Shown here: positions 54,681 through 64,000 of the stretch, piece by piece
Layout of the letters: every line of letters begins with the position of its first letter
Position numbering within the stretch: position 1 is the first letter of the stretch
Assembly (NCBI GenBank): GCA_045629165.1
Contig: JAZQQQ010000056.1
Coordinates: 14,531-78,530 of the forward strand
Reading direction: 5' to 3'
Length of the DNA stretch: 64,000 bases
Source: Bacteroidaceae bacterium
GTDB lineage: Bacteria > Bacteroidota > Bacteroidia > Bacteroidales > Bacteroidaceae
Translations under genes and position numbers: made by a program
The notes under the pieces: generated by a model
What the model was told of the DNA's origin: nothing
Databases searched by the model: none
Seen by the model: the letters and a program-made list of their open reading frames with translations, nothing else

Positions 54681-57419
54681 ATGATCATGAATAAAGGTAT
54701 ATCATATTTCTTCCTCAGGACAGTACTCCTGCTGGTACTGCTGATTTCCCCGTTATCGGCTTCTGCACAGGATGCCTCTGTGAATTTCAATGATATAACA
54801 TCGGAATTCAAGGTTTCACACTCTGATGTGCTTGTCATATCGACATATTCATCGAACTACACATGGAGCCTGGAGATAATCAACTACCTCAAGAAAAACC
54901 TGAATGAACAGAAGAACCTTACCCTGAGTTCTCTTGAAATACCGCTTGTGATGGTTCGGGACAAGAAGGAGGCCGATGATATTATTGACCACATAAATAC
55001 ATGCATAGACAACATTTCACCGAAGACAGTGGTTTTCCTGGGAAGTCAGGCCCTGAACCTGATAGACCGCATCTGCGAGAGCAATCCCGGTCTGCAGGTG
55101 CTGCTGGTGAGTGGTCACGATTATGCTATAGAGGACCATGTTTTTCTTGATTCAGTAAATTGGAGTGGCTCAGACATTATTTCGATAGAGTCGGTCCGCG
55201 AAAGAACCGGCATAACCGCAATGACTATTCCTCTTTATATACCGCAGGCAATAGACATGATTGCCGGAATGAGGCCTGAACTGAACATACTCTATTTCAT
55301 TGCCGGTGAAGACCATTTCAGCCTTACCCTGTGCGATGAAATCAAGAATTATGTGGCAGCGAATTATCCGCAGTTACAGACAAGAGTCATTACTCCTGAC
55401 AGGATGAGCGAATCAGACCTCATCAATATAACAGCCAATTCTGACCCGAACAAGTGTGCGGCCATTTACAGCTCATGGGTTAACCGCGAAGACGTCATCC
55501 TGGGTAAATCGGCCATGATGAACAACGTGCTCTTTACCGTTGCGTCACAGAATATTCCTGTATTCACACTGCGTGACAATGGATGGATGGAACGTTCCAA
55601 GGATATTGTAGGCGGATGTTTTGTCGATGACCAGAAAACATTTGAACTGATGACAAACATCATTTCAAGTATTTGCGATGGAAAGAAAACTGCCGAATTT
55701 GACCCGGTTGTAGCTGATTTCATGATATACAAGATCAACTTCATGAAAATGCGTTCTTTCGGAATCACATCATATGTATGCCCTCCTTCAACGGTTTTCA
55801 TTGACAGTCCGATATCGGTAATCGAAAAGAATCCTCTCCTTGTAATTGTCTACATCATAATAATCACTGCAGCCTTTACACTGTTGATACTTGTCTACAG
55901 GCTCTTCCGCAGAAGGCTCAATGCCATCAGGGACAAGGAGGACTACTTCATAAATGCCCTTCCTCTTACATTCATAGAGATTGAGCCAATATATTCATCA
56001 GATGGCGTAGTTAGGGATGGACTTGTTGTCAGGATGAATAAGATGGCAAAAGAGATGATTGCGACTGATTCCATAGGAAAGCGCCTGAGCGTAATCTATC
56101 CATTCTCATATGTGGAACTGTTTGAGAAGATAAACATGTCCACCAAGAACCATAAGATAGGCTCTGAGTTCAATCTGTACCACAAGCAGTCTGACAGACA
56201 CCTGATTTTCATCACAATATCAATGGAGAATGGAAGATTGGGCATAGCCTGCATTGACAACACTGCAGCAGCCAAGGCAGACCGGATGAGCAAGGAGGTT
56301 ACAGAATTCATGAAGAAACAGCAGCAGTTCCTTGAATATCTTCCATACAGTTACATTGTCATGGAGCTTGTCAAGGACAAGAAGGGCAATATTGTTGACG
56401 GTATTGTTGAGTATTGCAACGAACATTCATCAAAGGTGCTTGCCGAAAGTGAGGAAAACATTCTTGGAGAATCGGCAAAGAAGACATGGCCGAACCTGTA
56501 CAAGAACTCAATTGACAAGTTGAATGAAGCAGTAAAGAACAGGCAGCCCTTGTCACTCGAGGCAGTATATTCCACCAAGTATAACAAGTACTACGATATT
56601 GTTTTCCGAATTACCGATGCTGACCATGTAGGTGTCATGCTCATTGACCGAACAGCCGAGGTGACATCACGCGAGAAGATAATAAGCACCAATGAGGAAC
56701 TTATAGCCGCCAAGGTAAGGGCTGAGGCTTCAGACAAGGCCAAGAACTCGTTTATTCACAACATGTCTCATGAAATCAGGACTCCGCTCAATGCCATCGT
56801 CGGATTTGCCCAGCTTCTTTCATTGCCTGATTCTTTCCTCACCGAGGAAGAGAAGATACAGTATCGTGAGTATATCCTGAACAGTTCTGAAATGCTGTCA
56901 ATGCTTATTGATGACATGCTTGCTCTTTCAGACAACAAGGCCGACAAGTACAGGGTTGAGAATTCAGAATGCCTGTGCAATGAACTCTGCCTGAAGGCAA
57001 ACAAGACGGTTGAATACAGGATTCCTGAAGGAGTCCGCCTGGAATTCCTTACAGAGATTGACAATGACTACAAGATCATGTCTGACCCGAAGAGAATACA
57101 GCAGGTACTCATTAACTTCCTGACAAATGCCTCAAAGCATACTGAAAAGGGTTACATAAGGACTGGTGTATCAACATCAATGAATCCTGGCAAGCTTACA
57201 TTCTATGTTGAAGATACCGGATGTGGTGTTGATCCGAAGGATTCTGAAAGAATATTCGAACAGTTTGTCATGCTCAATCCTGGAAAGGAGGGCAAGGGCC
57301 TGGGACTCCACATATGCAAGGATGTAGCCAAGCTGCTCAATGGTGAAGTGAAGCTTGATACAAGCTATACCGGTGGCGCAAGGTTCGTATTCATACTCAA
57401 TATAGACAAAAAGAACTGA
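54681..57419 (+). CDS. Sensor histidine kinase with a large extracytoplasmic domain and PAS-like region; no receiver domain
   Basis: Signal-anchor, an ~350-aa extracytoplasmic part, and TM helix LLVIVYIIIITAAFTLLILVY. H-box SHEIRTPLNAIVGF, N-box NFLTNASKHT, G1 DTGCGV and G2 GKGLGL. Confidence 0.85.
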   Translation: MIMNKGISYFFLRTVLLLVLLISPLSASAQDASVNFNDITSEFKVSHSDVLVISTYSSNYTWSLEIINYLKKNLNEQKNLTLSSLEIPLVMVRDKKEADDIIDHINTCIDNISPKTVVFLGSQALNLIDRICESNPGLQVLLVSGHDYAIEDHVFLDSVNWSGSDIISIESVRERTGITAMTIPLYIPQAIDMIAGMRPELNILYFIAGEDHFSLTLCDEIKNYVAANYPQLQTRVITPDRMSESDLINITANSDPNKCAAIYSSWVNREDVILGKSAMMNNVLFTVASQNIPVFTLRDNGWMERSKDIVGGCFVDDQKTFELMTNIISSICDGKKTAEFDPVVADFMIYKINFMKMRSFGITSYVCPPSTVFIDSPISVIEKNPLLVIVYIIIITAAFTLLILVYRLFRRRLNAIRDKEDYFINALPLTFIEIEPIYSSDGVVRDGLVVRMNKMAKEMIATDSIGKRLSVIYPFSYVELFEKINMSTKNHKIGSEFNLYHKQSDRHLIFITISMENGRLGIACIDNTAAAKADRMSKEVTEFMKKQQQFLEYLPYSYIVMELVKDKKGNIVDGIVEYCNEHSSKVLAESEENILGESAKKTWPNLYKNSIDKLNEAVKNRQPLSLEAVYSTKYNKYYDIVFRITDADHVGVMLIDRTAEVTSREKIISTNEELIAAKVRAEASDKAKNSFIHNMSHEIRTPLNAIVGFAQLLSLPDSFLTEEEKIQYREYILNSSEMLSMLIDDMLALSDNKADKYRVENSECLCNELCLKANKTVEYRIPEGVRLEFLTEIDNDYKIMSDPKRIQQVLINFLTNASKHTEKGYIRTGVSTSMNPGKLTFYVEDTGCGVDPKDSERIFEQFVMLNPGKEGKGLGLHICKDVAKLLNGEVKLDTSYTGGARFVFILNIDKKN

Positions 57420-57494
57420 TCCGGAGTGTTGAAAATAAATAGCCCCAGTCGGAACAGAAAGAACAATCCCTGACTGACAGGAAAACATAAAAGT

Positions 57495-57528
57495 AATCCC
57501 CGGTAACAGATGCCTGTTTCCGGGGATT
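57495..57528. terminator. Bidirectional intrinsic terminator between the kinase gene and carB
   Basis: AATCCCCGGTAACAG-atgc-CTGTTTCCGGGGATT: 14 paired positions with one mismatch. Confidence 0.65.
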
Positions 57529-57557
57529 TGCCTATTGATAGAAACTCAAAAGTCGTA

Positions 57558-60500
57558 TCAATTGTATTCAGCCCATGACTTGATGCCAAGACCCTCCTCG
57601 CCTATCTGGCATACTGAACGTATGTAGGCGCTTGCCAGTCTTGCATTGGTAATCAGTGGTATGTTCATGTCAGTTGCTATGCGTCGGATTTTGTATCCGT
57701 TTTCAAGCTCACGCTGGGTAAGGTTCTTCGGAATGTTTACAACCAGGTCAACCTGACGGTTCATCAGACAGTCAAGGACTGAAGGCTTCTTGTCAGAATC
57801 GGGCCAGTGGACAACCTCTGATTCAATTCCGTTGTCGGCCAGGTAAGCGGCGGTACCGCCTGTTGCATAGATTCTGTAACCGCTGTCACGCAGCATGCGG
57901 CACGCGTCAATAAGTTCCACCTTTGACTTGGAGTAACCTGATGATATGAGTACACCCTTATCCTTTGAAGGAATCCTGTGTCCTACGGAAAGCATACCCT
58001 TCAGCAGTGCTTCATCATATGTTACGCCTATGCAGGCTGCCTCACCTGTTGAAGCCATGTCAACGCCCAGGACCGGGTCAGCCTTCAGGAGGCGGGCAAA
58101 TGAGAACTGTGAGCACTTTACGCCAACATAGTCAATGTCTGCAAAGCTCTTTCCGTAAGGCTCAACCTCCTTGCCAAGCATGATTTCAGTGGCCATGCCA
58201 ATAAAATTGAACTTGGTTATCTTGGAAACGAACGGGAAGCTTCTTGATGCACGCAGGTTACATTCAATGACACGCAGCTTGTTGTCCTTGGCCAGGAACT
58301 GAATGTTGAATGGACCTGATATGTTGAGTGCCTCGGCAATCTGGCGCGAAATCTTCTTGATTCTCCTGATTGTCTCGTAATAGAGCTTCTGTGCAGGGAA
58401 TACCACTGTAGCATCGCCTGAGTGAACACCGGCAAATTCAATGTGCTCACTTATGGCGTAGCACTTGATGACGCCATTCTGTGCAACTGCATCGATTTCG
58501 ACCTCCTTGGTTCTCTGCATGAATTCTGTTACAACTACCGGGTGCTCCTGACTTACTTCAGCAGCATTGCTAAGGGCCTCTTCTAGTTCGTCGCGGCTCG
58601 ATACTACTCGCATGGCAGCACCTGAAAGGACGTATGAAGGACGAATCATTACAGGCAGTCCTACCTCATCGACGAATCCATAGATGTCATCCATGTTGGT
58701 AAGCTCTCTCCAGCGTGGCTGGTCTATTCCCAGGCTGTCGCACATTTCGGAGAATTTCTGGCGGTCTTCGGCCATGTCAATTGACTTGGCAGGAGTACCC
58801 AGAATCTGAATTCCGTGCTGATCAAGAGGCAGTGCCAGGTTGTTTGGAATCTGGCCGCCGGTCGAAACAATCACACCCTTCGGACACTCCAGGTCACATA
58901 TGTCAAGAACCCTTTCGAGTGAAAGCTCGTCAAAGAAGAGCCTGTCGCATACGTCATAGTCAGTACTTACGGTCTCAGGGTTGTAGTTTATCATTATTGA
59001 ACGGTAACCCATTTCCTGGACCTTCTTGACAGCTGTTACGCCGCACCAGTCAAACTCAACGCTGCTACCTATGCGGTAAGCGCCGGAACCGAGAACTATT
59101 ACAGACTTGCCGTCATTCTCAAAGTCAATGTCATTCTCGTCACCGTTGTATGTAAGGTACAGGTAGTTAGTCTGTGCCGGGTATTCGCCGGCAAGAGTAT
59201 CAATCTGCTTGACTGAAGGAACTACGCCCAGTGACTTTCTGTATTCCCTGATCTTGTCTTCAAGAGCTGCCGGACAGCGCTTTTCATGGCTTATCAGAAG
59301 TCCAATCTGGATATCGGAATAACCCATTCGCTTTATGTCAAGCATGAAATCGCGGTCAATCCTCTCAATGGAACCTACATTCTCAAGAACGCACTTCATG
59401 CTGTGGATATTCTCAAGCCTGTACAGGAACCATTTGTCAATCCTGGTAATCTCATGCAGGCGGTCGGTGGTATATCCTTTGTCAAATGCCAACTCAATTG
59501 CAGCTATTCGGCGGTCCGTTGGGTTCTGAAGCTCATAGTCAAGGTCCGGTATGTTAATGTCATTTCCCACAAAACCGTTCATGCCCTGTCCTACCATTCG
59601 AAGGCCCTTCTGTATGGCTTCTTCGAAGGTTCGTCCAATTGACATGACCTCACCTACTGACTTCATGGAAGAGCCGAGCAGCTTTGATACGCCCTCGAAC
59701 TTTCCAAGGTCCCAGCGTGGAATCTTGCAGACAACATAGTCCAGGGCTGGCTCAAAGCAAGCGCTTGTAACCTTGGTCACGGCATTGGCAATCTCGTCAA
59801 GGCCGAATCCAAGACCGAGCTTGGCAGCAACTGAAGCAAGCGGATAGCCGGTTGCCTTTGATGCCAGGGCCGATGATCGGCTAAGGCGTGCATTGACCTC
59901 AATGACGCGGTAGTCATCGGAATCAGGGTCAAGCGCATACTGTACGTTGCACTCTCCCACTATGCCTACATGGCGCACAATCCTGATTGCAATCTCACGC
60001 AGGCGGTGGTACTCATGGTCACTCAGTGTCTGTGAAGGAGCCACGACAATACTTTCACCGGTATGAATGCCCAGAGGGTCAAAGTTCTCCATGTTACATA
60101 CCGTAATGCAGTTGTCGTACCTGTCTCGTACTACTTCGTACTCAATTTCCTTCCATCCCTTGAGTGATTCCTCAACGAGAATCTGTGGTGAATATGTGAA
60201 GGCCGATGCTGCCAGCCTCTTAAGTTCTTCGTCATTAGAACAGAAACCCGAGCCAAGACCGCCCAGGGTATATGCAGCACGTACGATTACCGGGTAGCCA
60301 ATCTCCTTTACAACCTGAAGTGCCTCTTCAATGCTGTTGACAGCCTCGCTGCGGGCGGTCTTCACATTGATGTCACGCATCATGCTTGCAAAGAGTTCAC
60401 GGTCTTCTGTGTTTATGATTGCCTGTACCGGTGTTCCCAGTACCTTTATTCCATATTTTTCAAGAATGCCCTTCTCATACAGCTCAACACCGCAGTTAAG

Positions 60501-60776
60501 CGCTGTCTGGCCGCCGAATGCCAGCATAATGCCATCGGGCTTCTCCTTCTGGATGACCTGTTCTACAAAATAAGGTGTAACAGGCAGGAAATAGGTAACG
60601 TCTGATACACCTTCCGAAGTCTGGACGGTTGCAATGTTCGGGTTTATGAGAATGGTATATTTGCCCTCTTCATGCAAAGCCTTGAGTGCATGTGAGCCTG
60701 AATAGTCAAATTCACCGGACTGACCTATCTTCAATGCGCCTGAACCCAGGACAAGTATTCTTTTTGCTTCTTCCAT
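57558..60776 (-). CDS. carB: Carbamoyl-phosphate synthase large subunit
   Basis: 1072 aa. The N-terminus ILVLGSGALKIGQSGEFDYSG and a duplicated ATP-grasp organisation. It follows carA with a 2-nt gap. Confidence 0.95.
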   Translation of the reverse strand: MEEAKRILVLGSGALKIGQSGEFDYSGSHALKALHEEGKYTILINPNIATVQTSEGVSDVTYFLPVTPYFVEQVIQKEKPDGIMLAFGGQTALNCGVELYEKGILEKYGIKVLGTPVQAIINTEDRELFASMMRDINVKTARSEAVNSIEEALQVVKEIGYPVIVRAAYTLGGLGSGFCSNDEELKRLAASAFTYSPQILVEESLKGWKEIEYEVVRDRYDNCITVCNMENFDPLGIHTGESIVVAPSQTLSDHEYHRLREIAIRIVRHVGIVGECNVQYALDPDSDDYRVIEVNARLSRSSALASKATGYPLASVAAKLGLGFGLDEIANAVTKVTSACFEPALDYVVCKIPRWDLGKFEGVSKLLGSSMKSVGEVMSIGRTFEEAIQKGLRMVGQGMNGFVGNDINIPDLDYELQNPTDRRIAAIELAFDKGYTTDRLHEITRIDKWFLYRLENIHSMKCVLENVGSIERIDRDFMLDIKRMGYSDIQIGLLISHEKRCPAALEDKIREYRKSLGVVPSVKQIDTLAGEYPAQTNYLYLTYNGDENDIDFENDGKSVIVLGSGAYRIGSSVEFDWCGVTAVKKVQEMGYRSIMINYNPETVSTDYDVCDRLFFDELSLERVLDICDLECPKGVIVSTGGQIPNNLALPLDQHGIQILGTPAKSIDMAEDRQKFSEMCDSLGIDQPRWRELTNMDDIYGFVDEVGLPVMIRPSYVLSGAAMRVVSSRDELEEALSNAAEVSQEHPVVVTEFMQRTKEVEIDAVAQNGVIKCYAISEHIEFAGVHSGDATVVFPAQKLYYETIRRIKKISRQIAEALNISGPFNIQFLAKDNKLRVIECNLRASRSFPFVSKITKFNFIGMATEIMLGKEVEPYGKSFADIDYVGVKCSQFSFARLLKADPVLGVDMASTGEAACIGVTYDEALLKGMLSVGHRIPSKDKGVLISSGYSKSKVELIDACRMLRDSGYRIYATGGTAAYLADNGIESEVVHWPDSDKKPSVLDCLMNRQVDLVVNIPKNLTQRELENGYKIRRIATDMNIPLITNARLASAYIRSVCQIGEEGLGIKSWAEYN

Positions 60777-60778
60777 AA

Positions 60779-61861
60779 TTACTTCTGTTTCCTGTATTCA
60801 ACCATATTGTTAAAGAACTGTGCAAAGAGTGACTCAGTGTCAACAGGTCCGCTCGATGCTTCCGGATGGAACTGGGTTGAGAAGAAAGGCTTCGTTTTGT
60901 GGCGTATGCCCTCGTTGGTTCCGTCATTGAGGTTCAGGAATGAAGCTTCCCAGTCCGATGGGAGTGTTGATTCGTCAATTGCGAATCCGTGGTTCTGCGA
61001 AGTAATGTAGCACTTGTGCGTACCCGGTACCTGAACCGGCTGGTTATGGCCGCGGTGACCATACTTGAGCTTGTATGTCTTGGCACCTGCTGCAAGGGCT
61101 AGTAGCTGGTTGCCCAGGCAGATACCCATGATTGGACGGTCATCGGCCAGTGCCTTCTTGAGATTCTCAATGGTTTCGGTACACATTGATGGGTCACCGG
61201 GGCCATTTGAGACGAACAGGCCATCGTACTCCATTCCAGAGAAGTCGTAGTTCCAGGGAACTCGGGTAATGGTCACGTCATGCTTGAGCAGACAGCGCAG
61301 AATGTTGTTCTTCATGCCGCAGTCAACCATGACTACCTTGTACTTTCCGTTTCCGTAGGTCGATATCTCCTTGGTTGAAACCAGTGAAACCAGATTGTCA
61401 AGATTCGGATTGTAGAAAGGAATGTCCTCTTCACCCTCAAAGAGAATCTTGCCCGGCATGGAACCGCATTCGCGCAGTTTCTTCACAAGTGCACGGGTGT
61501 CTATGCCGCAAAGGCCAGGCACTTTCCACTCTTTCAGCCAGTCACCAAGGCTTCGGGTGGAATCCCAGTGATTGTACTTGTCAGAATAGTCACTTATGAC
61601 AAGTGCAGTGCAATGGATGCGCTCTGATTCATAAAAACGTGATACTCCGTTGTCACGGACGTCGGCCGGAACACCGTAATTACCAATCATTGGATAAGTG
61701 GGCACTAGAATCTGACCCTTGTATGACGGGTCGGTAAGACTCTCTGGATAACCTGTCATGGCCGTGTAGAAGACCAATTCGCCGGAGACCGGCTTTTCAT
61801 AACCGAATGACCTGCCCTGGTACTCGGTCCCGTCTTCAAGCCTTAGAATAGCTTTTCTCAC
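60779..61861 (-). CDS. carA: Carbamoyl-phosphate synthase small (glutamine-hydrolysing) subunit
   Basis: 360 aa. Class I GATase motifs GICLGNQLL and SQNHGFAI. Confidence 0.95.
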   Translation of the reverse strand: MRKAILRLEDGTEYQGRSFGYEKPVSGELVFYTAMTGYPESLTDPSYKGQILVPTYPMIGNYGVPADVRDNGVSRFYESERIHCTALVISDYSDKYNHWDSTRSLGDWLKEWKVPGLCGIDTRALVKKLRECGSMPGKILFEGEEDIPFYNPNLDNLVSLVSTKEISTYGNGKYKVVMVDCGMKNNILRCLLKHDVTITRVPWNYDFSGMEYDGLFVSNGPGDPSMCTETIENLKKALADDRPIMGICLGNQLLALAAGAKTYKLKYGHRGHNQPVQVPGTHKCYITSQNHGFAIDESTLPSDWEASFLNLNDGTNEGIRHKTKPFFSTQFHPEASSGPVDTESLFAQFFNNMVEYRKQK

Positions 61862-61891
61862 TTAATTGTATTTAGTGTTTTTCCGGGAGTG

Positions 61892-61899
61892 CAAAGGTA
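61892..61899 (-). promoter_or_regulatory. Bacteroidota -7 box TACCTTTG for carAB
   Basis: The plus strand reads CAAAGGTA, 31 nt upstream of the ATG at 61861. Confidence 0.4.
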
Positions 61900-61939
61900 C
61901 GGAAAACATACCGTTTTCACTCATGCGGAAGCCTGTTTT

Positions 61940-63550
61940 TTACAAATCTCTGACCGTCCTGACGAAATCGAGGAACAGAGGGTGCGGATTCAGTACGGAA
62001 CTTGAATATTCCGGATGGAACTGGGTTCCAATGAACCACTTGAGACCCGGTATTTCGACCACCTCAACGAGGTCCGATTCCGGATTCCTGCCAACGCACA
62101 TCATGCCTGCATTCTCGTATTCGCTCTCATACTTGTTGTTGAATTCGTAGCGGTGGCGGTGGCGTTCGCTTATCTGTTCGCTGCCGTATGCAGCCCTTGC
62201 ACGGCTTCCTTCACGGAGATTGCAATTGTAGGCACCCAGACGCATGGTTCCACCCATGTTTCCACCATGAACGTTCTGCTTCTGGCTCTCCATGATGTCT
62301 ATCACGTTGTTCTTCGTGTTCGGGTCCATCTCGGCGCTGTTGGCATCGGCATATCCAAGTACATTCCTGGCAAACTCAATTACCATCATCTGCATGCCCA
62401 GGCAAATGCCGAAGCACGGTATGTCATTTTCACGTGCATACTGTGTAGCTACGATCTTGCCTTCAATTCCACGCTGTCCGAATCCTGGACATATGACCAT
62501 TCCCTGAACATTGGAAAGCTTTGACTTTACATTACTCTTTGTGATGTCTTCAGAATTCACGAATACCAGGTTAAGCTTGACATCATTGTATACACCTGCC
62601 AGGTTAAGTGACTCGCGGATTGACTTGTAGGCATCCTGAAGGTCGTATTTTCCTACAAGTCCAATGCTTATCTGGCGGGTTGCATTCTTCTGCTTCTCCA
62701 GGAATGCCTTCCAGTTGTTCATTGAAGGGGTCTCGCCTACCGGTATGCGGAACTTGCGCAGGACTGCTGCATCGAGTCCCTGGCGCTGCATGTTGACCGG
62801 AACCTCATAGATGCTTGGCATATCTTCGGACTGGACTACGCACTCAAGGTCTACATTGCAGAACGATGCCACCTTGAGCCTGAGTTCATCGCTCAAGTGA
62901 ACTTCGGTCCTGAGAATCAGAATGTCCGGTTGGATACCCATTCCCTGCATCTCCTTGACGGAGTGCTGGGTAGGCTTGGTCTTGAGTTCCTTGGCTGCCT
63001 TCAGGTACGGAACATATGTAAGGTGTACATTGATTGCGTCTTTGCCCAGTTCCCAGCGAAGCTGTCGTATGGCCTCCATGAACGGGGCCGATTCAATGTC
63101 ACCAATTGTACCGCCAACCTCGGTGATTATGAAGTCGAACTTGTCGGCATCAATCTCACGGCGGAGCATGCGGCGCTTGATTTCATCAGTAATATGAGGT
63201 ACAACCTGTATGGTCTTTCCAAGATAGTCTCCGTGACGCTCGCGGTCAATTACGGTCTTGTATATCCTGCCGGTAGTAACTGAATTGTTGCGGGTAGTCC
63301 TGATGCCGGTAAAACGCTCGTAGTGGCCAAGGTCAAGGTCAGTCTCCATGCCGTCTTCAGTGACGTAGCACTCTCCGTGTTCGTATGGATTGAGCGTGCC
63401 TGGGTCAATGTTTATGTATGGATCGAACTTCTGTATGGTTATGCTGTAGCCGCGCGCCTGGAGAAGCTTTCCTATTGAAGACGAGATGATGCCCTTTCCC
63501 AGGGAACTGACCACACCGCCAGTTACGAATATGTATTTAGTACACCTCAT
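61940..63550 (-). CDS. pyrG: CTP synthase
   Basis: The N-terminus KYIFVTGGVVSSLGKGI and the GATase region GICLGMQ. 536 aa. Confidence 0.95.
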   Translation of the reverse strand: MRCTKYIFVTGGVVSSLGKGIISSSIGKLLQARGYSITIQKFDPYINIDPGTLNPYEHGECYVTEDGMETDLDLGHYERFTGIRTTRNNSVTTGRIYKTVIDRERHGDYLGKTIQVVPHITDEIKRRMLRREIDADKFDFIITEVGGTIGDIESAPFMEAIRQLRWELGKDAINVHLTYVPYLKAAKELKTKPTQHSVKEMQGMGIQPDILILRTEVHLSDELRLKVASFCNVDLECVVQSEDMPSIYEVPVNMQRQGLDAAVLRKFRIPVGETPSMNNWKAFLEKQKNATRQISIGLVGKYDLQDAYKSIRESLNLAGVYNDVKLNLVFVNSEDITKSNVKSKLSNVQGMVICPGFGQRGIEGKIVATQYARENDIPCFGICLGMQMMVIEFARNVLGYADANSAEMDPNTKNNVIDIMESQKQNVHGGNMGGTMRLGAYNCNLREGSRARAAYGSEQISERHRHRYEFNNKYESEYENAGMMCVGRNPESDLVEVVEIPGLKWFIGTQFHPEYSSSVLNPHPLFLDFVRTVRDL

Positions 63551-63577
63551 ATTATATCTGTTTAGTAAATTATCGGA

Positions 63578-64000
63578 TTATTTTATCCATTTGGCAATGC
63601 GCTCCATTGCACGCAGGCAGTCCTCACGCTCGCCAAAGGCCGTAAGTCTGAAGTATCCTTCACCTGAAGGGCCGAATCCAACGCCCGGTGTGCCAACAAT
63701 GTGAACCTCATTGAGAAGCTGCTCAAAGAATTCCCATGAAGTTGTGTTGCCCGGAGTCTTGAGCCATATGTATGGGGCATTCACGCCACCGTAAACCTGG
63801 AATCCAAGTGCAGTGAGTGACTCTCTCATAATCCTTGCATTCTCCATGTAGTAGTCTATGGTAGCCTTTACCTGCTTCTTTCCTTCAGGAGTGTAGATTG
63901 CGGCAGCTGCGCGCTGCTGAATATAGCTGGTACCGTTGAACTTGGTACACTGACGGCGGTTCCAGAGTGCATTAAGTGCAACCTTTTCACCTGAGGCCGA
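63578..64000 (-). CDS. dapL: LL-diaminopimelate aminotransferase; C-terminal part only, the 5' end lies beyond the window
   Basis: The frame stays open upstream of the track's Met to nt 64000. My translation is ..[51 protein letters not shown].. followed by [13 protein letters not shown] and [21 protein letters not shown], which is typical of DapL. Confidence 0.8.
   Translation of the reverse strand, partial: SASGEKVALNALWNRRQCTKFNGTSYIQQRAAAAIYTPEGKKQVKATIDYYMENARIMRESLTALGFQVYGGVNAPYIWLKTPGNTTSWEFFEQLLNEVHIVGTPGVGFGPSGEGYFRLTAFGEREDCLRAMERIAKWIK

Noticed and set aside
61900-61920. The small hairpin GAAAAC-atacc-GTTTTC between pyrG and carA as a pyrimidine-responsive attenuator.
   Set aside because: The stem is only 6 bp with no following U-run, and it overlaps the putative carA promoter region. 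The evidence is insufficient.

Overview
This looks like a Bacteroidota chromosome segment, probably Prevotellaceae. The evidence is type A T9SS C-terminal sorting domains, lipobox Cys followed by acidic residues, TAnnTTTG -7 promoter boxes 20-75 nt upstream of many start codons, and the gene content. I recognised no rRNA, tRNA, CRISPR array, transposase, integrase or phage gene.

**Nt 1-25,500 (candidate novel system).** This is one co-directional, tightly packed block on the + strand.
- It holds nine paralogous lipoprotein genes (394-991 aa). All share a three-motif fimbrillin / type V pilin-like signature: D-h-L-W/h, F/Y-x-H-x-h-S/A-K-h-x-h, and h-x-D/E-W-x-x-h.
- Three of them are internal two-module duplications.
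- Four carry large C-terminal beta-helix or GLUG-like head modules.
- The block is interrupted by an AAA+ ATPase gene (COG1373/DUF4143-like), which is preceded by three 32-bp-phased direct repeats.
- It is also interrupted by a 1382-aa repeat protein with a T9SS sorting domain.

**Nt 25,555-64,000.** This part is a mixed accessory and core region containing:
- a GH3 gene translationally abutted to an HTH-WYL regulator, followed by a repeat/palindrome-rich spacer and an 87-aa membrane ORF;
- an HExxH membrane protein coupled to a GAF-type free Met-R-sulfoxide reductase;
- a minus-strand block with a GH10-esterase fusion, a carboxylesterase, a TAT-signal iron-sulfur-flavoprotein-like lipoprotein, a membrane-anchored AraC regulator, and an operon of a small T9SS protein, an MBL-fold alkyl sulfatase, an unannotated 41-aa membrane peptide and a DUF1254/DUF1214 lipoprotein;
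- a GH9 gene;
- an AraC regulator divergent from a beta-eliminating lyase whose specificity residues look like tyrosine phenol-lyase rather than tryptophanase;
- a GT90-like gene, a porin-like gene and the ACT+UPF0210 pair;
- an orphan histidine kinase;
- the core genes carB, carA, pyrG and a 5'-truncated dapL.

All family assignments come from motifs read by eye and from memory. No HMM or BLAST search could be run.
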